Shown here piece by piece: positions 23,926 to 35,597 of a stretch of DNA of 64,000 bases. Source of the stretch: Sarea resinae (taxonomy: Eukaryota); contig JAPEUD010000043.1 in the NCBI GenBank assembly GCA_026026165.1, positions 62,001-126,000 on the forward strand, given 5' to 3'. The notes under the pieces were generated by a model. The model was not told the DNA's origin. It saw only the letters and a program-made list of their open reading frames with translations, and ran no database searches. Position numbers and translations under genes: made by a program. How positions within the stretch are numbered: position 1 is the first letter of the stretch; each line of letters opens with the position of its first letter.

Positions 23926-26186
23926 TTATTTAGTACCACTGTCCTGCTTCGTGGGCTGCTTCGTAGGGAGAAACTTCTTCCGATATTTCATGCCGCGACC
24001 GCCCTGAGCAACGACACCGTGTCCGCTGTGCCGAGACATGACACAAGTGGGTTTTGCTTCGTCTGAATGCATCGACGCGAGGGCCTATTTCTTGAGGGTT
24101 AGGAAAGAACTTACGCCATAGACTGAGAAGAAGAGAAGGAGACGAGAAAGTGATGTCTAACAAAAAGAGTAGAACGGAACAGTGATTAACGTCATTAAAA
24201 GCTCCACACTTACAAAGGAATCTGTGTTATGGGCGAAATAAAGATAGACGCCGTCTCTCGTCTTCTTGACACCCATGATACCAATAGCAGCTGGCGTGTG
24301 GCTGTTTTTGACGCTGGGATGATCTGCATTATTGCAGTCGTCAGTAAATGGTCTTACATTGTAAATAGAGCAGAGGAGCAAATTAATGCGAGGAGCTCAC
24401 CAACAAACTCGTTCTCTACCATCGCCCGAAGAGCTTGATCCTCGTCTACATCTTCGAGACCACCACCTCTTCGCTTTCTGACACCAGAGTACAGCCTATC
24501 TGCGGCAACATTGGCGGCCATGGTCGTTGCCATGTGTTCACCTGTTCCGCTTGTCGTAGTTGCAACACTGATTTTCTTCCTATCCCATGCGTCTACTGGA
24601 ATCACAGCGGTGCCAACACCAACTAGTGCAGCAGGGCCAATGCGACCGCGCATTTTCATCCCAATGCCTCCAGATGAAGACCCGGCGGCGATATGCCCAT
24701 AGCAGTCTACGGCGATCGCGCCAACAGTATCGGTTATCAAGTCTTCGCGGTCTGGTTTAGGGTGGTCGGAAATATTGGCTCGGCTGGACGACTCTGAGCT
24801 CAGATTTGGCTTAGGAGGAAGCGGAGGATCCTCGTGGACGTGACCCAGAGGTGTTGTCAGGGAAGGCGAAGGTGTATCTATGAAACCTTCCGGCGGACTT
24901 CGGGGCAATGGTATATGCAGAGCAGCAAACGGAGGAGGACTGGGAGATAGCGAGGGCAATGGCATTGTGCTTGGTGAAGAAGACCCCGAGTCCGAGTCTG
25001 TTAGACCATCGAAGGTTTTATATTCCCATACTTCCGCCGGCGACGGATCCTCTAGATCATCAGTATAGCTCCTATTCTCGTCATCATCATCCTGCGCTGC
25101 ATCCTGTGAGGACAAAGTATTCGGTGAATTGGTATTAGCAAACTCAGTACCCTCGAATGCCTCGGGTCCACGTGAAAGTGTAGGAGCCGAAGCCCGTCCT
25201 TTAGGAGGTGGTCGCGCATTCGGACCTCGAGGTGAATCTGGGGTCATATCAATCAGGTCTGTGGTAGGTAGATGCCCACTAATCGCGTTCGAGCCAGCTT
25301 GTAGACGGGTTGGATTCGGTGTCGGCTGAGGGGTGTAAGCTTGGCTTTCATTCCAGACGCCAGCCATCATAGCACGAGTATGATCTTCAAGCTGCTTCCT
25401 CCGTACCCCTTCTTCATAGCTGTTGGAGATGGATTCTGAAGCTATCATATGCGTGACCTCCAAGCCTCGTCTTCTGTTCGCTGCTTCAATATCGGCTCTC
25501 CATGTTCGCCAACGGGCACGAGCACCTGGTGCTATCAAAGCGTCGTGTGGGAGGACGAAAAACCCTTGATCCGAGGCAAACTCAATAGCCCCATGACCGA
25601 CCAAGAGATTGGGGGGTGTTCTCTTGAGAGTAAGTGGCCGGGTTGAATAGTCTAGTAAGCTGCGTGCCAAAGAGATCGGATTACGGATTTCTGCCAGGAT
25701 TGCATTAGTATTTTTAGGCTGAATTGCTCCGGACCATAAGGGTATCAAAAGTTGAAACTCACGTCCAATCTCTCCAACAGCTCCGCTCCGACCAAAATGA
25801 TCCACGATCGTTGCGTCACATTCTATCGTACCGTCAATTGACAAATTGCTACCGTATCCAGCGTTTGTGATTTCTCGGTCTTCCAATACTTTGATAGCCA
25901 TTTCGACGGCATCCACGGCGGTACCACCGGAGCGCAGTACGACCATGGCTGCTTTTGCGGCACTGCGAAGAAGTCAGTATTCGACCTTATCATAGGCTGA
26001 CTCCAGCCGCTCAATTCGATAAGTGAGGACAGTAAGGATTAAGACAATGACTAACTCGTTGCAGGTCTGAAGATGAAGACCCTCGTTCTGCAGACTGTGA
26101 TAGCCAGCTCCAGCATGGACAAATATTGCGCAGATGTCACCACCTTTCCTCGAGGGAAGGGCTTTAAAGAATTCTTCGGCGGCCAT
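23926..26186 (-). CDS. TASP1: Threonine aspartase (Taspase1-like, type-2 asparaginase Ntn-hydrolase)
   Basis: Motifs [21 protein letters not shown], autocleavage site ITD|TVGA (Thr at 24728-24726), [23 protein letters not shown] and [12 protein letters not shown]. Introns include 26055-25963 and 24213-24085; TAA at 23928-23926. Confidence 0.92.
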
Positions 26187-27676
26187 GCTAATGCGTCTCT
26201 CGCCTTCAGGTACTAGAAGATCGGGTGAAGCAACAAGTGATAGCCTCGAGGGCTTTCGTCGTGATGATGAACTTCGACGAAGCTTTCTTAGATGCCACTT
26301 TGCTCGGCGTGCCTTTGCGAGGAGTTCGCCGACACTGTTGGAAGGCAGCTTGGCAATGCTGAGAGGAGGTGGAAGCGGAAGCCGTCCACCCGTACTGGTC
26401 CGATATGAGTTTGGTTTTTAGAAGACGTACTCTTCATCAGTCTTGTCTCAGCATATCCTCGACAGTGGTCCTTTGACGGCCTCTTCTGAAGTGAATACTC
26501 GTCGTCGCGACGATGGCACTGGCGACCTGAAGTGAACGGGCCAGTGTTTGAAAGAGTTCAGTAAAGGCCAGCGGGCCTACAACTCGGAACAATGACGGCG
26601 AGATTTGTAGCGTATTGGACAGTAATGCCGGAGAGCCTTGACAGCATCAAGCATGTCTATAGTCCGAGTAGCGAAGAACAGAACACAACGAAAGCATCAC
26701 ACCGAGCAGCAGGCTCGACGAGATGAGATAGAGGGGTCGTGAATAAAAGATAAATGATGGTATCGACAAGGAGCGGACGTCTCTAGCACCAGCACAGAGA
26801 GCGGCGATAGGGACAAGGCGGTTAGACAAGTACAAGGTGAGAGGCGTGCCGGAGTATGGGATTGAGGTTGAGGTCGAGGTCGAGGTTGACTCTGCGTGGA
26901 CGTGATGAGAGAGGATGATAGGAAACGAAGGTAACAATGATAGATGAACGCGGTGCGCCGCCTGGAGTGAGAGAGCGTAGGGAAATAATTGTCCTAGGCA
27001 CGGCAGGAAGGGTCATGAGTATACACAGCTGGAGGCGTGGCTGCCTCTTTCTCATTCTCATATGGATGCGTGGCAGCACCAGCACCTGCACCTGCACCTT
27101 CCCCAGAATGCCTTCAGTTCACTTCTGTGGATCCACTCTCAGCCAATCCGCCAGTCACCTCCCGCTCTTGCTCTATGGATGTCTTTTCTCGTCTCTGCTC
27201 TCTCGGCCGTCTCATGAGATTCGAAGAGAAGTGAGGACATGGGCAATGATCCCATATTCATGGTGTGTGCACAGAGCTGCTCGTCTGTTGGTCGTTATTT
27301 GACTCTATAATATCTTCGAAATCTCATGGCACTTCTTCGTCGTGACCACCTATCTAGGTACCTTCTTTACCTTGCCCACCTCCATGGGAAATACTGGCAA
27401 ATGCGGGACGTTCAAGCTGATACGGCAGTTGCCGGTGGGATGGCAGACTAGGCGATTTGATTGGTGCTCCACTCCTATCCCGCTATCCTCTACCTCACAT
27501 ACGTCGTCAACCGACTGACCGCGCACTCATCACCGCCCGTACTCATCTCCAGCTATCATTATCACCGCGGACGACTCTCTCTCCTCTCCCTCTACCGGCA
27601 GGCAGCCACGAATCATCGTTCAGCTGCTGGGATACTCTTATCAGGAGCACCTGGGCCAAGGTGTAAATAGCTCACC

Positions 27677-29393
27677 ATGGCGTCCCAAACTCCGGCCGTT
27701 GTCATGGACAAGTGAGTGCTTCAGTTCGATCGCGCATTTGAGCATGGGCAGACAGAACCCATGCTGGTGCCATTGGGGGCTTGACTAATTTTCCTTTCTC
27801 TTGAAAGCGGTACGGGGTACTCGAAGCTAGGTAGGCCTCACAGCATGCGCCCAACAGACCAACGCTGCATGTGCTGACCACCTCTCTCGCAGGTTTTGCT
27901 GGAAATGATTCTCCTTCCTTTGTCTTTCCCACCGCAATTGCAACAAAAGGGGCCGGGGGTGGGGGCGCAGGCTCAGGATCGGGTCGACCAGCTATCGCGA
28001 ACAAACCGTCTTTTTTGACAGGAGGTGCGGGACCCGGCGGGCACTTGTCGGCAAAGCGGGGCACAGAGGATCTCGATTTCTTCATAGGAGATGAAGCATT
28101 GGCGGCGTCCAATGGACCTGGTCAGTCAAATATGAATGACTCTATTACATACGCAGAATTAAGTACTGAATTCTAGAGCAGGCTATGGGCTTCATTATCC
28201 CATACGGCACGGCCAGATCGAGAACTGGGTAGGGATCTAGTTATCCAGCGATTTGCTGCTTTGCCTTGTTAACCATCTTAGGATTACATGGAACGCTTTT
28301 GGTCGAATTCCATATTCAAATACCTCCGTGTCGAGCCAGAAGACCATTACTTCCTCCTTACTGAGCCTGTAAATCCCCCTGTTCTCTATCTCGTCCTTAA
28401 TGTCTTGCTGATAATATTTCTTCAGCCTCTCAACCCGCCAGAAAACCGCGAAAACACCGCCGAAATCATGTTCGAGTCCTTCAATTGCGCTGGTCTCTAC
28501 ATCGCTGTGCAAGCAGTCCTTGCTCTAGCTGCCTCCTGGACCTCCTCCAAAGTCTCCGACCGCTCCTTGACTGGCACGGTCATCGACTCCGGCGAAGGTG
28601 TTACGCACGTCATCCCCGTCGCCGAAGGATACGTCATCGGCAGCTCCATCAAAAGCATCCCCATTGCCGGCCGCGACTTAACGTACTTTGTGCAATCCCT
28701 GCTCCGCGACCGCGGTGAGCCAGACTCTTCCCTCAAGACCGCTGAACGGATAAAAGAAGAATACGGCTACGTCTGCCCGGACATCGTAAAGGAGTTCTCG
28801 CGTTTCGACCGCGAACCGGAGCGTTTCGTCAAGCACAACGTCACCTACGCTAACGGCCGCTCTGTCACCGTCGACGTCGGCTACGAGCGCTTTCTCGCCC
28901 CCGAGATCTTCTTCAACCCGGAAATCTACTCCTCGGACTTCCTGACCCCCCTGCCCACCATCGTCGACGGCGTCATCCAGACCTCCCCCATCGATGTTCG
29001 AAGAGGCCTTTACAAGAACATTGTGCTTTCGGGCGGCTCCACGCTTTACAAGGACTTTGGTCGCCGCTTACAACGCGATATCCGACATCTCGTCGATGCG
29101 CGCATCCGTGCTTCCGAGGCAAGAAGTGGGGGTGCAAAGAGCGGTGGGCTCGAGGTGCAAGTCGTGACGCATAAGAGACAGCGACATGGACCGTGGTTTG
29201 GTGGAAGTTTGCTGGGGCAAACCCCTGAATTCAGAAGTTATTGCCATACCAAGGCCGAATATGATGAGATAGGTAAGCTCGGCCTCACACTTCTCCTTTC
29301 TGCTCTAGACGTATGCTAATGCATACCTCAATGATGATAGGACCCAGCATCGTAAGAAGATTCGCCTTGTTGGGCGGGCCAGGAGGATCGTAA
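27677..29393 (+). CDS. ARP3: Actin-related protein 3 (Arp2/3 complex)
   Basis: Exons 27677-27711, 27808-27830, 27893-28120 and onward give [27 protein letters not shown]; also [24 protein letters not shown] and C-terminal [17 protein letters not shown]. Confidence 0.98.
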
Positions 29394-29970
29394 GGGCTGT
29401 GTAGATGAAACTGTGACGGGACAGAGAGAATGACAGCCTGAGACGAAGAACGAGGACTACGTGTAGACCAGCTACTCACCTACCCTTTTAGTCGAACTGC
29501 TACCTTGTGTAGTTTGATTTGTCAAGGCGCGGATGTTTCTCTTCTTCTTTGCTCGCCTGAATTAAATTTGCTAGATCAGGGACCCAAGATCATAAATCAA
29601 ATACTATTCACCGACTTCCGTACTCGGAAACGTTCTCGAATTTGTCTTGCTTCCTATCAACTCCATTACAGACGGTACTAGGTACTTCATGCTTAAGTAT
29701 CATTCGTGCCATGTGAAACCCGACACTACCCCAGACGGAAGTTACCGACCATTAAGCTTAACCTCAGTTCATCTATGTGAATGACATGACAGACAGTTCA
29801 TGTCCAACCTAGAATCCATCGAAAGACTCATTTCCAGGCTATCGATCATCATTATCACAACCAACCTTCTCTGCAGTATTCAGATTCCAGTCTAGAATAT
29901 CTTTCACATACTTGGGTGTCGTTCATAGGAACCATCCGACGTCCCCGGATCAATCATCATCATCATCATC

Positions 29971-30721
29971 ATGGCGGACGCCGATGCGCCCCAGCCAACT
30001 CAAGATATTCAGCCCAAGGTCGAGCCGAAGGAGGAAGAACTCGATGCCTCTGTAGAAGCAGACATTGATATGGAGGGAACGACGAAGCCCGATCCTATGA
30101 ATTTGGATGGAGCAGGTGATGACCACCCCGCGTCGGGGCCAGGGATCGATCCGGTTGCCCCAGCTCCTGACCCCCGCATACCGACCAAGAAAGACGCGAG
30201 TTTGAGGGAATTCCTAGGAAAGATGGATGAATATGCTCCCATAGTAAGCATGAGACAATGTCTCGGCCGTTGCGAATGTGGCTGACGATGCGACCTTGTC
30301 TTAGATTCCTGATGCGGTCACAAACTATTACCTCACCAAGGCCGGACTACCCCCACCGCCTCAGACATCTACCCAGTTGGCCCGCCTTCTTGCACTTGCC
30401 ACACAAAAGTTCATTGCCGATATCGCCGCGGATGCTTATCAGTTCTCAAGAATTCGATCATCCAATACATCTAATAACCCCATGGGAGGTGCTGCTGGAT
30501 TCCAAGCAGGTCAGCCCGCTGGTGGTGCGGCAGGCGCACAAGGTAGCAAAGAAGCAGGAGGAGCTCAGGGCAAGGGTGCTGTTCTAGGTGTCCAGAGACC
30601 CGGATTTGGCGGTGGAGGACAGGGCGGGCAACAAGGGCGGACAGTACTGACGATGGAGGATTTAGGTATGGCTGTCGGCGAGTATGGTGTCAATGTCAAG
30701 AGGGGCGAGTTCTATCGTTAA
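29971..30721 (+). CDS. TAF10: TFIID/SAGA subunit Taf10
   Basis: [25 protein letters not shown]...[25 protein letters not shown]...[20 protein letters not shown]; intron 30244-30304. Confidence 0.97.
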
Positions 30722-30984
30722 GGTCCTAGTTCAAACCAAAGGCTCATGGCCACGGCGGCGCAGGTGATCTGGGAAGGGTGTCATGGCTGGAGTTAAAAGG
30801 CGCGGTCGAGTATCGAAGGTCTTGGACTGGGGTATCGTTTCATACAAGGTGCCAGATATGGGATTGGATATGCTGTTATAGAATTGATTCGAAGATCGTC
30901 GGGTACGGTGGTAATTTACAAGTTATAGAAACATTTCTGAACGCCGGACCATATGCGTGGGATGTACAAGCTAAAGACCGCCCC

Positions 30985-31573
30985 CTACTTATTCTTCGTC
31001 TGTTTATACGTGAAACGCTTCCTCGTTCTGTGAACATAGCATTGATCAGCCATTTGTCGAGAATGAGAATGATCTTTATCTAGACGGCAATCGCGACAAA
31101 TTTCTCGATGAAGCCAACTGTCAGGTTCGATAGCACTTACGCGGAGAATTCGCCAAGTTTATGTCCCACCATGTCCTCTGTGACTACCACGTCGTTGTAG
31201 ACCTTCCCATTATGCACTTGAAACTTCAGGCCGACGAAATTTGGTAGAATGGTGGCACTGCGCGCCATTGTCTTGATCGGTGGGACTCGCTCGCCAGCTT
31301 TCGCTCGGACGATGGGAAGCCTGGGTACTTTAGTGAGCCGCATTCGTAACGGGCGCAGTCATCGTTGAAGGTAAGAAGATGCCAGCAGAAGCATCTGAGG
31401 ATCTTTCATGCTGGTAGGGAAGTTTGCGGTGCTGGCTGAACAACTTACGGTACGATGTGCGGTCCTGTGAGTCGATGTCAATTAGCTAGGAGAATCATTT
31501 TGAACGCACAAAGCAAGACGCCCTACTCACCCTTCCATACTGATCGCGCCAGAAGCGCTCTTGTGGGAATCAT
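30985..31573 (-). CDS. RSM19: Mitochondrial ribosomal protein uS19m
   Basis: Exons 31573-31531, 31464-31449, 31320-31141 and 31027-30985 give [19 protein letters not shown]...[20 protein letters not shown]...[16 protein letters not shown]. Confidence 0.96.
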
Positions 31574-31673
31574 TGTGCTGGAGCTTGAATGTAGTGTTCG
31601 CAGTCCACAGGCAAGAGCGGAAGTGATGGCAGAATGGCAAAATATTGAAATGATGACTAAGCGAGTTTGACCG

Positions 31674-31684
31674 TCGCGTCTCCC
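31674..31684. promoter_or_regulatory. MCB-like (ACGCG core) element in the RSM19/MRE11 divergent promoter
   Basis: TCGCGTCTCCC lies ~185 bp upstream of the MRE11 ATG; the identical 11-mer lies upstream of DAD3. Confidence 0.4.
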
Positions 31685-31868
31685 CCACCAGGCGCCTGTG
31701 AAGTTGAGGTCCCCGGAGAGTAATATCTAACCTAATTCCTGCTGTATCATGATGCTATCATATGAGATCCTGATGTCAGACTGCTAATGGAGAAGGAGCT
31801 GTTAATATTGTCCGCTGAGGAGCTCTTTCTTTGACCATTCCTACGCAGGATTCTCCAGGCCGGTCGAG

Positions 31869-34455
31869 ATGCCGCAACTTTCAGGTATGTGCTCTATTTG
31901 GCGCGAGCTCTCTATCAGAGCTCTTTAATTTTGTCTGCAATCGATCTTCTTTGGGCCCTTTTGCTGATTCATTCGTCATCTAGCTGCAGATACCATCCGT
32001 ATCCTGGTGGCAACAGACAGCCATGTCGGCTACAACGAAAGGGATCCAATCCGTGGTGACGATAGCTGGAAGAGCTTTCACGAGGTTATGTGTCTGGCAA
32101 AGGAGCGTGATGTTGATATGGTATTGATGGCTGGAGATTTGTTTCATGAGAATAAGCCTTCAAGGAAATCTATGTATCAGGTCATGCGGTCATTGCGAAT
32201 GAACTGCTATGGGGAAAAACCATGCGAATTGGAGATACTGAGCGATTCAAGTGAAAACTTTCAAGGGTATGACGGATCCCCCAAGTTATCAGCCACGCAG
32301 ACTTACTAAGATGATATCTAGTGCTTTCAATCACGTCAACTATGAGGATCCAGATATCAATGTTGCGATTCCTGTCTTCTCGATACATGGAAATCATGAT
32401 GACCCGTCTGGGGTATGTATAGATTATGTCTTGACCGCTCTAAACCCAACGACTCATGTATGCTAGGAAGGCCACTTAGCTGCGCTCGATTTGCTGCAAA
32501 TATCTGGGCTGCTCAATTATTACGGGCGAACTCCCGAAGCCGATAATATTGTCGTCAAGCCCGTCTTATTGCAAAAGGGGATGACAAAGCTTGCCTTGTA
32601 CGGCATGAGCAATGTGAGAGATGAGAGGCTCTTCAGGACATTCAGAGATGGAAAAGTCAAGTTCTACCAGCCGAGCACGCAGAAGGATGACTGGTTCAAT
32701 ATAATGAGCGTCCATCAGAATCAGTATGTCGAGCTAGTCGACGACCGGTATAGATGCAATTGCTGAACAAACTTCTAGTCACGCACATACGGAGACTAGC
32801 TACCTGCCCGAAAACTTTCTTCCAGAATTCCTTGACCTTGTGGTGTGGGGCCACGAGCATGAATGCCTAATCAACCCACGTTTAAATCCCGAGATGTCTT
32901 TTCACGTCATGCAGCCAGGCTCCTCTGTTGCTACATCATTGGTACCAGGCGAGGCTGCTCCGAAACACGTTGCGATTCTCACGGTGACCGGTCGAGACTT
33001 TGAGGTTGAGCCCATCAGATTGCGAACTGTTCGGCCTTTTGTTATGAAAGAGATAGTGCTAGCTCAAGAAAAAAAGTTCAAGAATCTGGCCAAAAAGGAG
33101 AACAATCGCACCGAGATCACACGAGAGCTAATGCAGATCGTGGATGAGTTAATCGAGCAAGCGAAAGACGAGTGGAAGGAGGCACAAGATAGGAGAGATT
33201 TAGAACAAGGACTGCAAGCACCGCTACCTCTAGTTCGGTTGAGGGTTGAGTACACCGCGCCTGAAGGTGGTCGTTTCGACTGTGAAAATCCCCAGAGATT
33301 CTCCAATCGTTTCGTTGGAAAGGTTGCTAATGTGAATGATGTGGTTCAATTCTATCGGAAGAAAACAGGGGTCACCAGTACGTAATCCCACGCTTGAATG
33401 AAGATCTATCTCACTTACTGATGTTATTGAAGGGAGAGCAAAGGATGGTGCAGAACTACCCGAAGAATCAATAATGGCACAACTTTCTATTGACACCGTC
33501 AAGGTTGAAAAGCTCGTCAGAGAATTTCTTACCGCTCAGTCGCTCACCATACTGCCCCAGAATTCTTTTGGGGACGCGGTCAGTCAGTTCGTAGATAAAG
33601 ACGATAAACATGCGATGGAGATGTTCGTTAATGAAAGTCTCACCAATCAAATCAAGCATCTGATGGCATCTGATGAGGTGGATGAAGATGAATTGCACAA
33701 TGCCATGGATCAGCACCGTTCCAAGCTTGAGGAGCTGTTTGCCGCTGGCCATCTGAAGAAAGCAGTAAGTCGAATATAACAATCATCTCCTTGCGTCCAC
33801 TAAGCCAGCATAGAAGCGAGCCAAACTAAAAGCTAAGCCTGATAATTGGGACTCGGACTTGGATGGAGAATGGGGCGATCAGCCGGGCGCCCTCATACAT
33901 TCCGAATACGAGGCTGAAGAGGACGACGATATTGTAGCTGCACCTAGGACGGCATCAGCTGCGCGTGGTCGTGGTAAAACAATGTCTACGAGCCGTAGAA
34001 CCGCGCCAGGGACAAAGAAAGCCCCAGCTGCCACAAGAGGTGTCCGAGCGAAAAAGGTCGTGCAGGAAGAAGACGAGGATGATGATGTCGTAATGATTGA
34101 CGATGATGATGACAACGATGATGAGCCTCCTGCTAAACCTTCTCGTGGTGCTAGCAAGGCTTCGACAACCAAGGCAACGCGGAGAGTCGTGTCTCCACCC
34201 CGACGCGCCCCGGCCAGAGCAGCTACGACAACCGCAGGCCGGCAAACCAGACTTAACTTCTCGCAGCCAGCATCGCAGGTGAGCCAAGCCAATGGTAAGG
34301 GGAAGAAGATCCAGGAACTGGTAAAGTCAACGAGCCCTCCGATGCAAATTGGACAGTTGCTAATTTTTCGAAAGAGTGATGATGAAATATCTGATGATGA
34401 CGACGCCTTCGAGCCACCTCCACCTTCCGGTCGATCTTCAAGGTCCCGAAGATGA
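31869..34455 (+). CDS. MRE11: Double-strand-break repair nuclease Mre11
   Basis: Phosphoesterase motifs [26 protein letters not shown] and WGHEH; capping domain PLVRLRV and NPQRFSNRF; first exon 31869-31884 with several GT-AG introns. Confidence 0.98.
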
Positions 34456-35597
34456 TGTTAGCCGTAGGTACTGATATGCTTGTAATAATGTCATTCCGGC
34501 GTCATCATCGGGAGCCCAAAATAGTAAAGGAAGCACACCGTGGGCTGATCTTTTTGCTTCGTCGGTTTATTATGCTGAGATATTAGACCAACTCTTCGAT
34601 TTCATTTAGAGGAGACCCAGTCTAAGTCAGGGTATCAATATCCCTTTTCATGTCTTTTCTGCGCGCCTTGCAAGTGATGACATGATGGATAATTAGCCAA
34701 GTGAAAAATCCTCTAATCTGACTCCCCGATCCTGTCCAGTCATGACTGGATGACAGCACTCATCTCTGGGTGTGAATCATTAGAGTTGAATCATTCTTAG
34801 GTCGATGGCATTGCTCAATGGAAGCCGTGCTAATCCGACTATTGATGGCCATGAAGATGGAGATTGCTGATGATCTAGTAACAGCGTATGGTTTTAAGGG
34901 GCAGGCTTGACAGCAGGAAGGGTATAGAATGAAAGATTCTGGGTCTGGCTTTGATTTAGCTATTAAGGAGGGCAAAACGTTCAATTGTGAGTTCACAGGT
35001 GCCAATATCCGAGGGAAGAGGAAGGTAAACAATGGAAGCCCACTCTGAGATCGCGAGAGAAAAGGGGCTACGGTATGGCAAAGATATCAGGTCCTTACCC
35101 TCATGAGCACATTTCGTTGGCCCTCACAAGAGCTCACAGCGCATGATGAATGAGTCCGAAGTCACAGAGTGCGAGGAAAGTGAAGGTGCGGAATGAGTGA
35201 GTGACTGGGTCACTCTTTCCTGTTTAGATGCGTGCGTCGTCCAGCCGATCCGCGTCTCTTCACGACACCCCAGAATCATCGCGATTTTCTACTTTCGTAC
35301 TGTCAACAACTCGCACTCGGCACTTCACGTCTCGATCATCACCGCGGCGATTGCAAACGACTCAGCATCTTCCGTTGCTCTGTCTCTCTGATCTTCGAGG
35401 TAAGTCGATGACTGTGGTTCGTTTTGACTCTTCTCCTTTGCCACTTCTACCCACAACATAGTCAAGATACGTTCGTGTCTGCTTCTTTGAGCTTTGAAGG
35501 CGCGACTTCAAGAAGTCAAATTCAGATCCCCCATCACATCCCTAACACGAGTCAAGCACCTCCTTTGGGCTTCATGATGCACTTGTCTTCTTCAGCC

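Noticed and set aside
24115..24122. Apparent 8-nt micro-exon (CAG|TCTATGGC|GTAAGT) in the last taspase intron
   Set aside because: The downstream intron would be only 30 nt and inclusion frameshifts; skipping gives the expected DSF|ALAS.
34674..34721. Box C (GTGATGA) ... box D (CTGA) snoRNA candidate
   Set aside because: Only ~48 nt, no terminal stem, and at most 8-9 nt of possible rRNA complementarity.
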